In this document: piece after piece, positions 1 through 8,238 of the stretch
Position numbering within the stretch: position 1 is the first letter of the stretch
How the letters are laid out: the number at the start of each line of letters is the position of its first letter
IMG/VR virus record: IMGVR_UViG_3300027835_000237
Location: 1-59,864 of that record
Strand: one strand, 5' to 3'
Source of the DNA: a virus
Lineage: Duplodnaviria; Caudoviricetes
DNA: 59,864 bases
Translations under genes and position numbers: made by a program
Notes under the pieces: generated by a model
The model's database searches: none
What the model was told of the DNA's origin: nothing
What the model saw: only the letters and a program-made list of their open reading frames with translations

Positions 1-1092
1 TCCCAAGTTTCGCCAGGAAATCCTATCATCAAAAACGCTTTCGCAATCATTCCGGCGTCCTGACACATTTTTATACCTTCAGTATTTTTCGCCGCTACCG
101 TACCTTTACCCATAAGTTTAAGCATCTTATCCGAACCGTGCTCACAACCGAAGCCTAATTCAATACAGCCGTGTTCGGCCATATATTTGAACAGCGTCGG
201 GTCGGTGAGGTTCACGCGCGTATTACCGCGCCACTTCATTCCATAGCTGTGCAAAATATCCGAAACACGCCGGCAGTGTGCCGCTTTGATAGTCAATACG
301 TCATCCTGGATGCGAATACAAGTGACTCCAAGTTCGGCCAACATTTTGCATTGGGCCTCAACTTGCTCATAAGTTTCTTCGCGTATCTTAGTGCGGCGAT
401 CTGCGCAAAAATTGCACCCGAATGGGCATCCTCGGACATTAAAAAGAGAAGCCGTCATCGCCTCATTGAGATTGATTACGCCGGCCGTGTTACTAACTAC
501 GGAAAGTCCTCCACCACCGAAACCACCGGGCCACAAATCGAAAGCAGGAATCGGCAGCTTCGTCACATCCGGCTGCGGACCCTTTTCCGTTTGACAATGC
601 TTATCGCCAACAAACCAATGTAAGCTAGGTATCACCGGCAACATCTTCATGCGCGGTGAAATTCCCTTATCCACGGCATCGCAAAAGGCAACAAAAGATT
701 CTTCGCATTCCTGTGTCATTATGTAATCAAAATTTTCGAAGTAATGTGGCTTTTTGAATCGTTCGTGAGGACCATCAAGGATGTATGTGGCGTGCGTGCC
801 CCCCAATACTTTGTATTTAGCGGGCCAGGCTTTTGCCAACATTTTACCCCAGTGGCAGTTGGCCGTTGTAGCACTGATCCCAACAACGTCACACGGTTCA
901 AGCATTTCTTGGTGAATAAGCAGTTCTTGTTTTTCTTTGTCCCAGCGGGTTACATCATGGCAGTCGACAACAGATACATTATGACCATGCTTGCGCAAAT
1001 TCGCAGCGAGATAAAGTATGCCGAAGATGCAAGAATGACTTCGGTGAAAATAGTAGCCAACTAGGGCTATCCAACAGTATCACACGAGCCAT
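1..1092 (-). CDS. Cobalamin (B12)-binding radical SAM enzyme, 3'-partial, apparent frameshift near 1022
   Basis: Not in the ORF track (runs off the edge). Manual translation: GILYLAANLRKHGHNVSVVD, DVVGISATT, VLGGTHAT (B12-binding domain), RGCPFGCNFC (CxxxCxxC), GFGCEHGS, LMIGFPGET. The ATG at 1092 (MARVILLDSPS) is in a different frame from the body. Confidence 0.88.
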
Positions 1093-1489
1093 CTTGGATC
1101 TCCTTTCCGTTGTGCTTCTTTTTCCAATCCGCAACAGCGGCCTTGATAGCATCCTCGGCGAGCACCGAGCAGTGGATCTTCACCGGCGGCAAGCAAAGTT
1201 CGCGCACGATTTCCGTATTCTTAATCGCCAACGCTTCATCCACAGTCTTACCCTTCACCCACTCAGTAGCGAGCGAGGAACTAGCAATCGCGCTTCCACA
1301 GCCGAAGGTTTTGAACTTCGCATCCTCAATTATTTTTGTTTCAGGATTTACACGAAGTTGAAGTTTCATCACGTCGCCGCACTCGGGCGCACCGACCAGA
1401 CCTGTGCCCACATTCGGATCTTTCTTATCCATACTTCCGACATTTCTGGGCCGATTATAATGATCGAGTACCTTTTCAGAGTAAGCCAT
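1067..1489 (-). CDS. iscU: Fe-S cluster scaffold protein IscU
   Basis: MAYSEKVLDHY..PRNVGS, GAPECGDVM, FKTFGCGSAIASSS, LPPVKIHCS. Confidence 0.96.
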   Translation of the reverse strand: MAYSEKVLDHYNRPRNVGSMDKKDPNVGTGLVGAPECGDVMKLQLRVNPETKIIEDAKFKTFGCGSAIASSSLATEWVKGKTVDEALAIKNTEIVRELCLPPVKIHCSVLAEDAIKAAVADWKKKHNGKEIQDGSCDTVG

Positions 1490-1497
1490 AATTTATC

Positions 1498-1818
1498 CTA
1501 AACGCTGAACGAACTACCACAGCCACAAGTGCTCTTGACGTTCGGATTGTTGAACTTGAATCCGGCACCCTCAAGCGTTTCAAGATAATCTACCTCGACG
1601 CCGTCAAGGTACATCTCACTCATCTGGTCCACGAGAACCTTCAGGCCATTGAATTCGTAAATGTTATCGGATTCGTTACTTGTGTTCTCAAAGGCTAAGT
1701 GATAACTGAAGCCCGAGCAACCTCCACCAATCACGGCGACGCGCACGCCTGTTGCCGTGCTAGTCTGCGCCATGATTTCCTTTATTTTCAACGCCGCTCT
1801 TGACGTCACGTTAAGCAT
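1498..1818 (-). CDS. A-type Fe-S carrier (IscA/ErpA/HesB family)
   Basis: GGGCSGFSY and C-terminal TCGCGSSF; start moved to ATG 1818 after GGAG. Confidence 0.93.
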   Translation of the reverse strand: MLNVTSRAALKIKEIMAQTSTATGVRVAVIGGGCSGFSYHLAFENTSNESDNIYEFNGLKVLVDQMSEMYLDGVEVDYLETLEGAGFKFNNPNVKSTCGCGSSFSV

Positions 1819-1850
1819 ATGAACTCCATAATACTTGGGAAGTGTTACGG

Positions 1851-2660
1851 TTAAATTTCCCATTCGGGGTGGGCAAGGAAACCATTCTTACGATACGCCG
1901 CAATATATTTGTCACTCACCAGAAAGGCTTCATTGACCACAGCCTGATTTGAAACTTCTGATGTCTGCGCAGCATGGCGGCGGAATGAACCAAAAATATA
2001 ATCTACAAATACTGGCGGACGCACGTTCCACATGCGCATCCACATATCGTAATCAGCAGCATAGCGGTATTGCTCATCAAACATTCCCACTACTTCCATC
2101 ATTTTGTGGTTCCAGAAAACGGAATTAGTACCTATGCGATTATGTATTAACATATCCTCATAGGTGAAGGGCCCGCCCGAAACCCCAAGTCGTTTTCCTT
2201 CTACATCAATCGTTTCAGTTCGACCATAAATCCAGAATGGCTCCGCTACGCGCCCTTGAAACAAATCATTTACTAAAGTGAGTGTACCCGGACAAAGCAG
2301 GTCATCGGCGCACATAAAGTACAGCACATCCCCAAGCGCATCCCGTAAAGCTCTATTTAGACCCGCAATCACGTTTGTATCCTGGCTAGGAATATATTCA
2401 AACGCACACTTTAATTCTTTTCGATTACCAAGTTCTCGATTCGCCCGATCTAAAAACCAATCTTCAGGAACTATATTGGCGAGTGAAACATCTCGATCAG
2501 CTATATAAAGAACATACGGACCATAGCCTTGTTCCTCTACAGATTTAATAGCCGCAACAAACATCTCCCAGTTCGGCTTATAAATCGGCATACAAAGTGA
2601 GATATGAAGTTGCTTCTCGGCGTGCTTTTTGAATGCAGGAAATCCGTGAATGTTAATCAT
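1851..2660 (-). CDS. Glycosyltransferase family 2
   Basis: ISLCMPIYK, GLNRAL, FMCADD (DxD-like), FDEQYRYAADYDMWMR. Confidence 0.85.
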   Translation of the reverse strand: MINIHGFPAFKKHAEKQLHISLCMPIYKPNWEMFVAAIKSVEEQGYGPYVLYIADRDVSLANIVPEDWFLDRANRELGNRKELKCAFEYIPSQDTNVIAGLNRALRDALGDVLYFMCADDLLCPGTLTLVNDLFQGRVAEPFWIYGRTETIDVEGKRLGVSGGPFTYEDMLIHNRIGTNSVFWNHKMMEVVGMFDEQYRYAADYDMWMRMWNVRPPVFVDYIFGSFRRHAAQTSEVSNQAVVNEAFLVSDKYIAAYRKNGFLAHPEWEI

Positions 2661-2661
2661 A

Positions 2662-2847
2662 TTACCCAGCCATAATAGTAGCTATACTATTATACGGCGC
2701 GTCAATATCGTTATCAAATTCAATAGCTAGTTCTTGTCGAGCAGTCTCCGCTAAAGAATCTACTAGATTGCCGGCTGCTGAGTCGAAATCAAGTTTTAAC
2801 CGCGCATTTTCATTAATCTCAACATCTATTACAAAGCGTACTTTCAT
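2662..2847 (-). CDS. Small hypothetical protein
   Basis: ATG overlaps the upstream TGA (ATGA) after GGGAGTGG; 61 aa, starting MKVRFVIDVEINE. Confidence 0.55.
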   Translation of the reverse strand: MKVRFVIDVEINENARLKLDFDSAAGNLVDSLAETARQELAIEFDNDIDAPYNSIATIMAG

Positions 2848-4109
2848 TCTATCCACTCCCCGAGGGCGCTCTGGCCCTCTGTAGTTTTCTCTCGAACCGC
2901 TGCGGTTTCTATCTGATATCCATTCCGTTCCCAGTGCTCCAGCCGTAGTAAAGCAAGTTTCACATACTCGGCACTTTGCTCTACGCCCACAACTTCGTCC
3001 CACCCGGCCGCAAGAGCGCCTATCATCTCTGATGAAACTCCAGAAAACGGAACGAGTAGCCGGCGCGGCACACCTAACGGCGGTGGGAGCAAAAGTTTCG
3101 CAAGCCACAGATTCAGAGAGATGGGCTTCACCGTAGGATGATTATTCCGCACCTGTTTGATGCGATTCAAACCGATATGACCTTCCTGAAGATACTCGTC
3201 TTTGCCTTCCGCAAGGACTTGCTGTGCGCCACCTAATTGTCCGAATGCAACAGTTGGTAGAGATTCAAGACCAGATTCACGCTCGGAGCGATCAGCTTTT
3301 GCACAATAGAAGAAACGTGAAGCACCACCCGTATCACCAAGACCTATTTGTTTTCCAGCTTGCGGCTCTGTATTAGCATTACTGGATTCCCAACCATACT
3401 TGGTGCGCTGCTTGAATTCAGCTACGCCGATACTAGTTGTTTCACCTGATTGCTTATCGAGCACTGCCCCCGATTCTTCATCGAGTACAAGATTCGCTGG
3501 ATAGCGTCCAACAGTAGTTGTGCCGATGCGCGCTCCCTCTACATTCAATGCACCACTACCATATTCCAGCGCCAACTCCGCATATGTCTTTCCACCATTG
3601 GGTGCACGGAATGCCAAAATTGGCTCCCAGGCCGGCTTAAGTTGCAAAGTTTTATGTCCAGCCCACGGTGCCGCTAGTTCAGATGACTTTGTAACAATTC
3701 CTTTTGCCCTACCAAGAATCTCACGCACATTTCCCTGAGCCTGATCTATCAATTTTGAAATATCCTGCGCCTTCGGAAAACCGGAACCATAGATCCACAT
3801 CAATGTATCAAATAGATGAAACCCGGCATCTTCCATGCCCGCCGCGAGCCGGTGCCACATTCTAGTCCCAGCGAACATAAATACTGGCGCGCCGGGATAA
3901 AGTAGCGGCAACAATGCTTCACCCCATTGCTTCACTTGTGTTTGGAACGCCTCCTTACCTCCGGGATCATCCCATTCTTTATTCATAAATTTTATTCCGT
4001 ATGGAGGGTCACAAAGCACAGCATGATACTTCGGCACACCAAATTCAATACGCTCCGCTTCCTCTGCGGCCCAAGTTGTTATCTCTGCATTATGAACTAT
4101 CCAACTCAT
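2844..4109 (-). CDS. DNA N6-adenine/N4-cytosine methyltransferase (beta-class motif order)
   Basis: N-terminal CDPPY, WIYGSGFPK, LKPAWEPI, GRYPAN, ASRFFYCAK, HPTVKP, C-terminal PFSG. Confidence 0.9.
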   Translation of the reverse strand: MSWIVHNAEITTWAAEEAERIEFGVPKYHAVLCDPPYGIKFMNKEWDDPGGKEAFQTQVKQWGEALLPLLYPGAPVFMFAGTRMWHRLAAGMEDAGFHLFDTLMWIYGSGFPKAQDISKLIDQAQGNVREILGRAKGIVTKSSELAAPWAGHKTLQLKPAWEPILAFRAPNGGKTYAELALEYGSGALNVEGARIGTTTVGRYPANLVLDEESGAVLDKQSGETTSIGVAEFKQRTKYGWESSNANTEPQAGKQIGLGDTGGASRFFYCAKADRSERESGLESLPTVAFGQLGGAQQVLAEGKDEYLQEGHIGLNRIKQVRNNHPTVKPISLNLWLAKLLLPPPLGVPRRLLVPFSGVSSEMIGALAAGWDEVVGVEQSAEYVKLALLRLEHWERNGYQIETAAVREKTTEGQSALGEWIE

Positions 4110-5062
4110 TCAAGCCAATCCTTGTTCTCTAGGGTCCACTCAATAGTATGCTTTAATCCTTCCTCAAAGTCAAGTGCTGGAAACCAGCCTAGTTGCCGAA
4201 TTTTGCTATCATCTACGGCGTAGTTGAAATCACCGCCGCCGCGCCGTGCAAGTGCTACGTCAATTTCCCCATAATTCAGATTCGTACCAGAAAGTTTTGC
4301 GATGCTCGACGCTATTTCCAACACATTTCTTTCCTCACCGGAGATATTATACGTCTCACCGACTTTTCCATTTGACAGAAGGAAACGAATTGCTGAAGCT
4401 TGATTCCATACGTACAACCAGTGCCGCGTGCATGGTATGCCCCGCACAGTATGAATAGTCAATGGTTGACCTTTCAGCAAGCGCCGCAGCGTGTTAGGCA
4501 CAAACTTTTCTGGGTGCTGCCGCTCACCAAACATATTCATAGTACGCGTTACGATCGTCGGCACCCCAAATGTTCGATGCCACGCCTTCACCAACATCTC
4601 ACCAGCCGCCTTCGTCGCTGCGTATGGATTCATAGGATTCAAGGCATCATCTTCGGTGAACTTTACGTTTTCCGTAGCTACTCCAAACACTTCATCCGTA
4701 GATGTGTACAAAAATCGACTGATACTTAGCTTGCGCGCGGCTTCAAGTATATTTAGCGTGCCAAGAATATTTGAGCGCACAAACGGAACTGGATCATCAA
4801 TCGAGCGCACGACATGAGATTCAGCAGCGTTATGCACAATGCAATCTACCTGCCGCAACTCAGATAGCAAAGATGCTGGTAGCGGTTCCGCAATGTCGTG
4901 AAAATGAAACGATAACAATTTCGGATCCAAATGCTTCAAACGATCCAATCGCCCCGCATAAGTGAGATTATCTATCACAAAAACTTTGTGACCGTAGCTC
5001 GCAAAGAACTGTGCGATATGCGAGCCTACGAAACCCGCACCACCTGTGAGTAGAATATTCAC
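4106..5062 (-). CDS. NDP-sugar 4,6-dehydratase (RmlB-like extended SDR)
   Basis: TGGAGFVG, DNLTYAG, NAAESHV, STDEVFG, YAATK (YxxxK), QHPEKFVP. Confidence 0.92.
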   Translation of the reverse strand: MNILLTGGAGFVGSHIAQFFASYGHKVFVIDNLTYAGRLDRLKHLDPKLLSFHFHDIAEPLPASLLSELRQVDCIVHNAAESHVVRSIDDPVPFVRSNILGTLNILEAARKLSISRFLYTSTDEVFGVATENVKFTEDDALNPMNPYAATKAAGEMLVKAWHRTFGVPTIVTRTMNMFGERQHPEKFVPNTLRRLLKGQPLTIHTVRGIPCTRHWLYVWNQASAIRFLLSNGKVGETYNISGEERNVLEIASSIAKLSGTNLNYGEIDVALARRGGGDFNYAVDDSKIRQLGWFPALDFEEGLKHTIEWTLENKDWLE

Positions 5063-5196
5063 TTTACTTCCTCCTGCACCAATACTACGAAGCGTGCCAC
5101 AAGCTTTAACTGTGCAGCAATAGAACCGTTCGTTACATGGCCGTCAAACTTATTGCCGGCCTCCGTCAGTTGCTCACGTAGCTGTTCAATAGTCAT
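5059..5196 (-). CDS. Small hypothetical protein (45 aa)
   Basis: Fills the gap exactly with ATGA/GTGA overlaps at both ends; MTIEQLREQLTEAG... Confidence 0.55.
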   Translation of the reverse strand: MTIEQLREQLTEAGNKFDGHVTNGSIAAQLKLVARFVVLVQEEVK

Positions 5197-6155
5197 TTCA
5201 GCCATTCCTTGTTCGCTAAGTACCACGTAACAGTCTCACGAAGAGCATAATCAAATCCCCAGTTCGGTTTCCATCCAAGCCGTCGAATTTTAGGATCATC
5301 AATGCGGTAATGCAAATCATGCGCTTTATGATGAATGCCAACATCAACATGTTCTGTCTGAATAGGTAATGTAGATACCTCTCGAATATGCTGAATCACT
5401 TCAAAATTATCGCGTACCTGGCCGGCGATATTGTATGCTTCCCCTATCTTTCCATTTTGCAGAAGAAAAATCAAGGCATCTACATAATCCTCAATATAAA
5501 TCCATTGGCGCGTGCCGGGCTTGCCATCCGCACCTACATGCACCTTAACAGTCTCGCCCGCTAATGCCTTCGCCAGTACCATCGGCACAAACTTTGATAC
5601 CTGCTGCTTCTTTCCAAAGAAGTTCATACTACGAGCAATGATTATGTTAACCCCAAAGGTGCGATGCCACGCTTTTACAAGCATCTCGCCGGCCGCTTTG
5701 CTCGCGGCGTAAGGGTTAGATGGATTCAATGAGGAATTTTCCATGTGTGCAGAGTTCGGCGGCTTCGGACCAAATACTTCTGCTGAAGATGTATACAAAA
5801 ATATCTTCGGTCTCAAAATTCGCGCAGCCTCCAGCATATTGAATACGCCGAGTGTATTTGCCTGCACGAACAGTTCGGGATTCGTCAGTGAACGAATAGC
5901 ATGAACCTCCGCGCCATTGTGCACAATGAAATCTACGCCATCCAGAATATCAAGCAACCACGTTGGCAGCGGCGCTCGAAAGTCATGGTAGAGCCGGCGC
6001 ACACGCCGGTTACCCGCTACATCTGCGAGGCGATCAAATTTGCTATCCTGTATCAAACGCTCTAGCGTAAATATTTGCCAGTTCGTTTGTTCTAAGACGC
6101 GTTCAACGAGCACCGAGCCTGCGTGACCCGATGCACCTGTGATAAGGATTTTCAT
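5193..6155 (-). CDS. Second NDP-sugar dehydratase/epimerase (extended SDR)
   Basis: TGASGHAG, NGAEVHA, SSAEVFG, YAASK; paralogue of 4106..5062. Confidence 0.88.
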   Translation of the reverse strand: MKILITGASGHAGSVLVERVLEQTNWQIFTLERLIQDSKFDRLADVAGNRRVRRLYHDFRAPLPTWLLDILDGVDFIVHNGAEVHAIRSLTNPELFVQANTLGVFNMLEAARILRPKIFLYTSSAEVFGPKPPNSAHMENSSLNPSNPYAASKAAGEMLVKAWHRTFGVNIIIARSMNFFGKKQQVSKFVPMVLAKALAGETVKVHVGADGKPGTRQWIYIEDYVDALIFLLQNGKIGEAYNIAGQVRDNFEVIQHIREVSTLPIQTEHVDVGIHHKAHDLHYRIDDPKIRRLGWKPNWGFDYALRETVTWYLANKEWLK

Positions 6156-6253
6156 CCGCGCCTCCGCTCCCAGTAATCTCGCGCAATCATCATAATGAAA
6201 CCTACTATAAAAAGGGCAAGTACAAAAAGAAACGGTACGGGTAGATTTCTCAT
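6152..6253 (-). CDS. Small single-TM protein (33 aa)
   Basis: MRNLPVPFLFVLALFIVGFIMMIARDYWERRRG; SD GGAGGG, ATGA overlaps. Confidence 0.5.
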   Translation of the reverse strand: MRNLPVPFLFVLALFIVGFIMMIARDYWERRRG

Positions 6254-6405
6254 ACTCCCTCCTGCCGCATCCATTCAGGCATCTTAGCTTTCAATGCTTC
6301 ATTTGCCGCCGTCAACTCACGCACTTTAGCCTGTTCATACAGCACCGTCTCTTCGGCTGAAAGTGCCCGAACCGTCAACGCACCAATCATTTCATAAAGA
6401 TTCAT
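6250..6405 (-). CDS. Small hypothetical protein (51 aa)
   Basis: SD AGGAGG then MNLYEMIGALTVRAL...; its stop overlaps the next start. Confidence 0.55.
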   Translation of the reverse strand: MNLYEMIGALTVRALSAEETVLYEQAKVRELTAANEALKAKMPEWMRQEGV

Positions 6406-6413
6406 AGTTCCTC

Positions 6414-8090
6414 CTACCAGTCAACTGCGTCTCTTTGCTCCGCTTCGCCTCTTCCGTTCGTGTGTTGAAATCTTGAAATATTTTTACCATCTGCATAAAT
6501 CACTACCTTAAATTCGGGCCACGTCGAGTCTGATATAGGACTATATAAACAGGTTTCTAATACCGTATCTTTTCCGCGAAATGGAGAATACTTAGCAATC
6601 AGTTCTCTCATATACTCCGTCCGAGTAACATGCGGCCAACCAGAATACTGTGTGGTGCGCACAAACTCCGGGCCCTGGTCGTTCAATCGAAAAGAGCCAT
6701 GAAATAGATAGCTGTGTTCGGGGATCAACGCTTCATGATAATAAAAACGCACAATATTAGCTAGACCAAATTCAAGTACCTTCACGATCCTATCCCAATC
6801 AATCGGTTTGTCGGGTTCAGTAGTCATCGGAGCATCGTGCTCAGCAAAGAAAATCAGCGGCGTCTTAACAAGCCCGCGAGCTAAAACTGAACGCACCATG
6901 CCAGATTGACAAGGATGGTTCTCTCCGCCCTGGTCGAAAATCACAACCTGAATATTCTTCCATGCTGGGTCGTGCTGCGCCTTCCATACTAGGCGCTGCT
7001 TGTATTCCTCATATTGTGTGCGCCGATGCTCAACCGATGGTCGGCACCCATCACACATGATGATGATTTCCGCCGTAGGCAAATGATGCCGGATGCCCGC
7101 AATACATTGATCAATCTTGTAGGTATCGGGGTGCGATGGAATCGCACTCGTCGGCATCAGCACAGTAATTTTATCTGAAATAGTTTCTGGCATAGGTGTT
7201 ACTCCTCGTAGTGTATTGATATCATCGCGCAGCGCATAAGCGAGTTGCCGTTTGTAGTTCATCCACCAGGCTTGTATTCGATTCGAATTTTCAGGCCATC
7301 CGGCCAACAACTCGGGGATGAGGGTGGGAAGTGTAAACCAATCAGATACGACTGGGAGCGGGTGACTAGCTCCAAAGACATATTCCCAATAACCACGCGG
7401 GTAACTTCCGATGGGAGATTTAGCGTCAACAAGGGGGATAGCTCCGGCTTCAAGGGCTTCGGCGACTCGGAAACTATCGGGCATTCTTGCACCCGACGGG
7501 CACGGCACAATTTTTGATGCAGCCATGAGGCGAAAGTATTCAGCATGGTCATGTCCTTTCGTGAAGCCGGCCGTTTCTAGTAGATAACCATTTTCCATTT
7601 TCCGTAAATTGTGAACGCACTCTTCGCGGCGCATGTGCGTCACTTGACCCATAAAAGACCAATCCAGCGGCTTACGCAAAGCTAACTCTGTATGCTTCGC
7701 TACCTCTGCCTCAGTATCCGTCGCGTAGCCGTTAATCAAAAAACGATCTGCCTTATCGTGTAAGCCCGGTTTCGGTAACTGCCGCCACACCTTCATGTTG
7801 GGATGTTGAATACACTCAGTCTCAAACACCGATTCCTCGTCGCCCCCGGCAATCAATAGCACCCACTTGAAACGTGCGATCTCAACATTCAGTGTATCAT
7901 AATAATCGCAGCAATGTCTAGCAGGAAGCCAAACAATTACGCCGTCATCTTCCACGTCTGCTTCCGCAAAAGACATGAAGTGCCGAAACTCGTAGGCACA
8001 CGATGGACGCCAGCGATTAGCAAATAGAGATTCTACTAACGCTCCATCCCAAAAGCCACGACTGCGCGGCCATACTACGCTAATCGTCAT
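6414..8090 (-). CDS. Two-domain glycosyltransferase (N-terminal exostosin/GT-B-like, C-terminal GT-A-like)
   Basis: WSFMGQ..H.RR, SKIVPCPSG..PDSFRVAEALEAGAIP; ITVLMPTS, IIMCDG, FFAEHD. Confidence 0.7.
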   Translation of the reverse strand: MTISVVWPRSRGFWDGALVESLFANRWRPSCAYEFRHFMSFAEADVEDDGVIVWLPARHCCDYYDTLNVEIARFKWVLLIAGGDEESVFETECIQHPNMKVWRQLPKPGLHDKADRFLINGYATDTEAEVAKHTELALRKPLDWSFMGQVTHMRREECVHNLRKMENGYLLETAGFTKGHDHAEYFRLMAASKIVPCPSGARMPDSFRVAEALEAGAIPLVDAKSPIGSYPRGYWEYVFGASHPLPVVSDWFTLPTLIPELLAGWPENSNRIQAWWMNYKRQLAYALRDDINTLRGVTPMPETISDKITVLMPTSAIPSHPDTYKIDQCIAGIRHHLPTAEIIIMCDGCRPSVEHRRTQYEEYKQRLVWKAQHDPAWKNIQVVIFDQGGENHPCQSGMVRSVLARGLVKTPLIFFAEHDAPMTTEPDKPIDWDRIVKVLEFGLANIVRFYYHEALIPEHSYLFHGSFRLNDQGPEFVRTTQYSGWPHVTRTEYMRELIAKYSPFRGKDTVLETCLYSPISDSTWPEFKVVIYADGKNISRFQHTNGRGEAEQRDAVDW

Positions 8091-8238
8091 AGGTAATCAA
8101 TTCCTCAAAGGCATCACTTAGTGAATCTTCCAAATATTCTTCGAGCTTTCTATCGCACACATCCGCGTGCTTATCACGTACATGATCCCGCGCTGCACCT
8201 TCATCATCAAATACTTCGTCACAATCTATGCATCTCAT
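8080..8238 (-). CDS. Small C2H2 zinc-finger-like protein (52 aa)
   Basis: MRCIDCDEVFDDEGAARDHVRDKH = C-x2-C-x12-H-x4-H; TAATG overlap with the MTase stop. Confidence 0.6.
   Translation of the reverse strand: MRCIDCDEVFDDEGAARDHVRDKHADVCDRKLEEYLEDSLSDAFEELITYDD

Noticed and set aside
2848-3108. Long N-terminal extension of ORF 2662..3108 as a second dual-coding case
   Set aside because: Low-complexity Arg/Cys-rich translation; a good SD and ATGA-coupled start exist at 2847.
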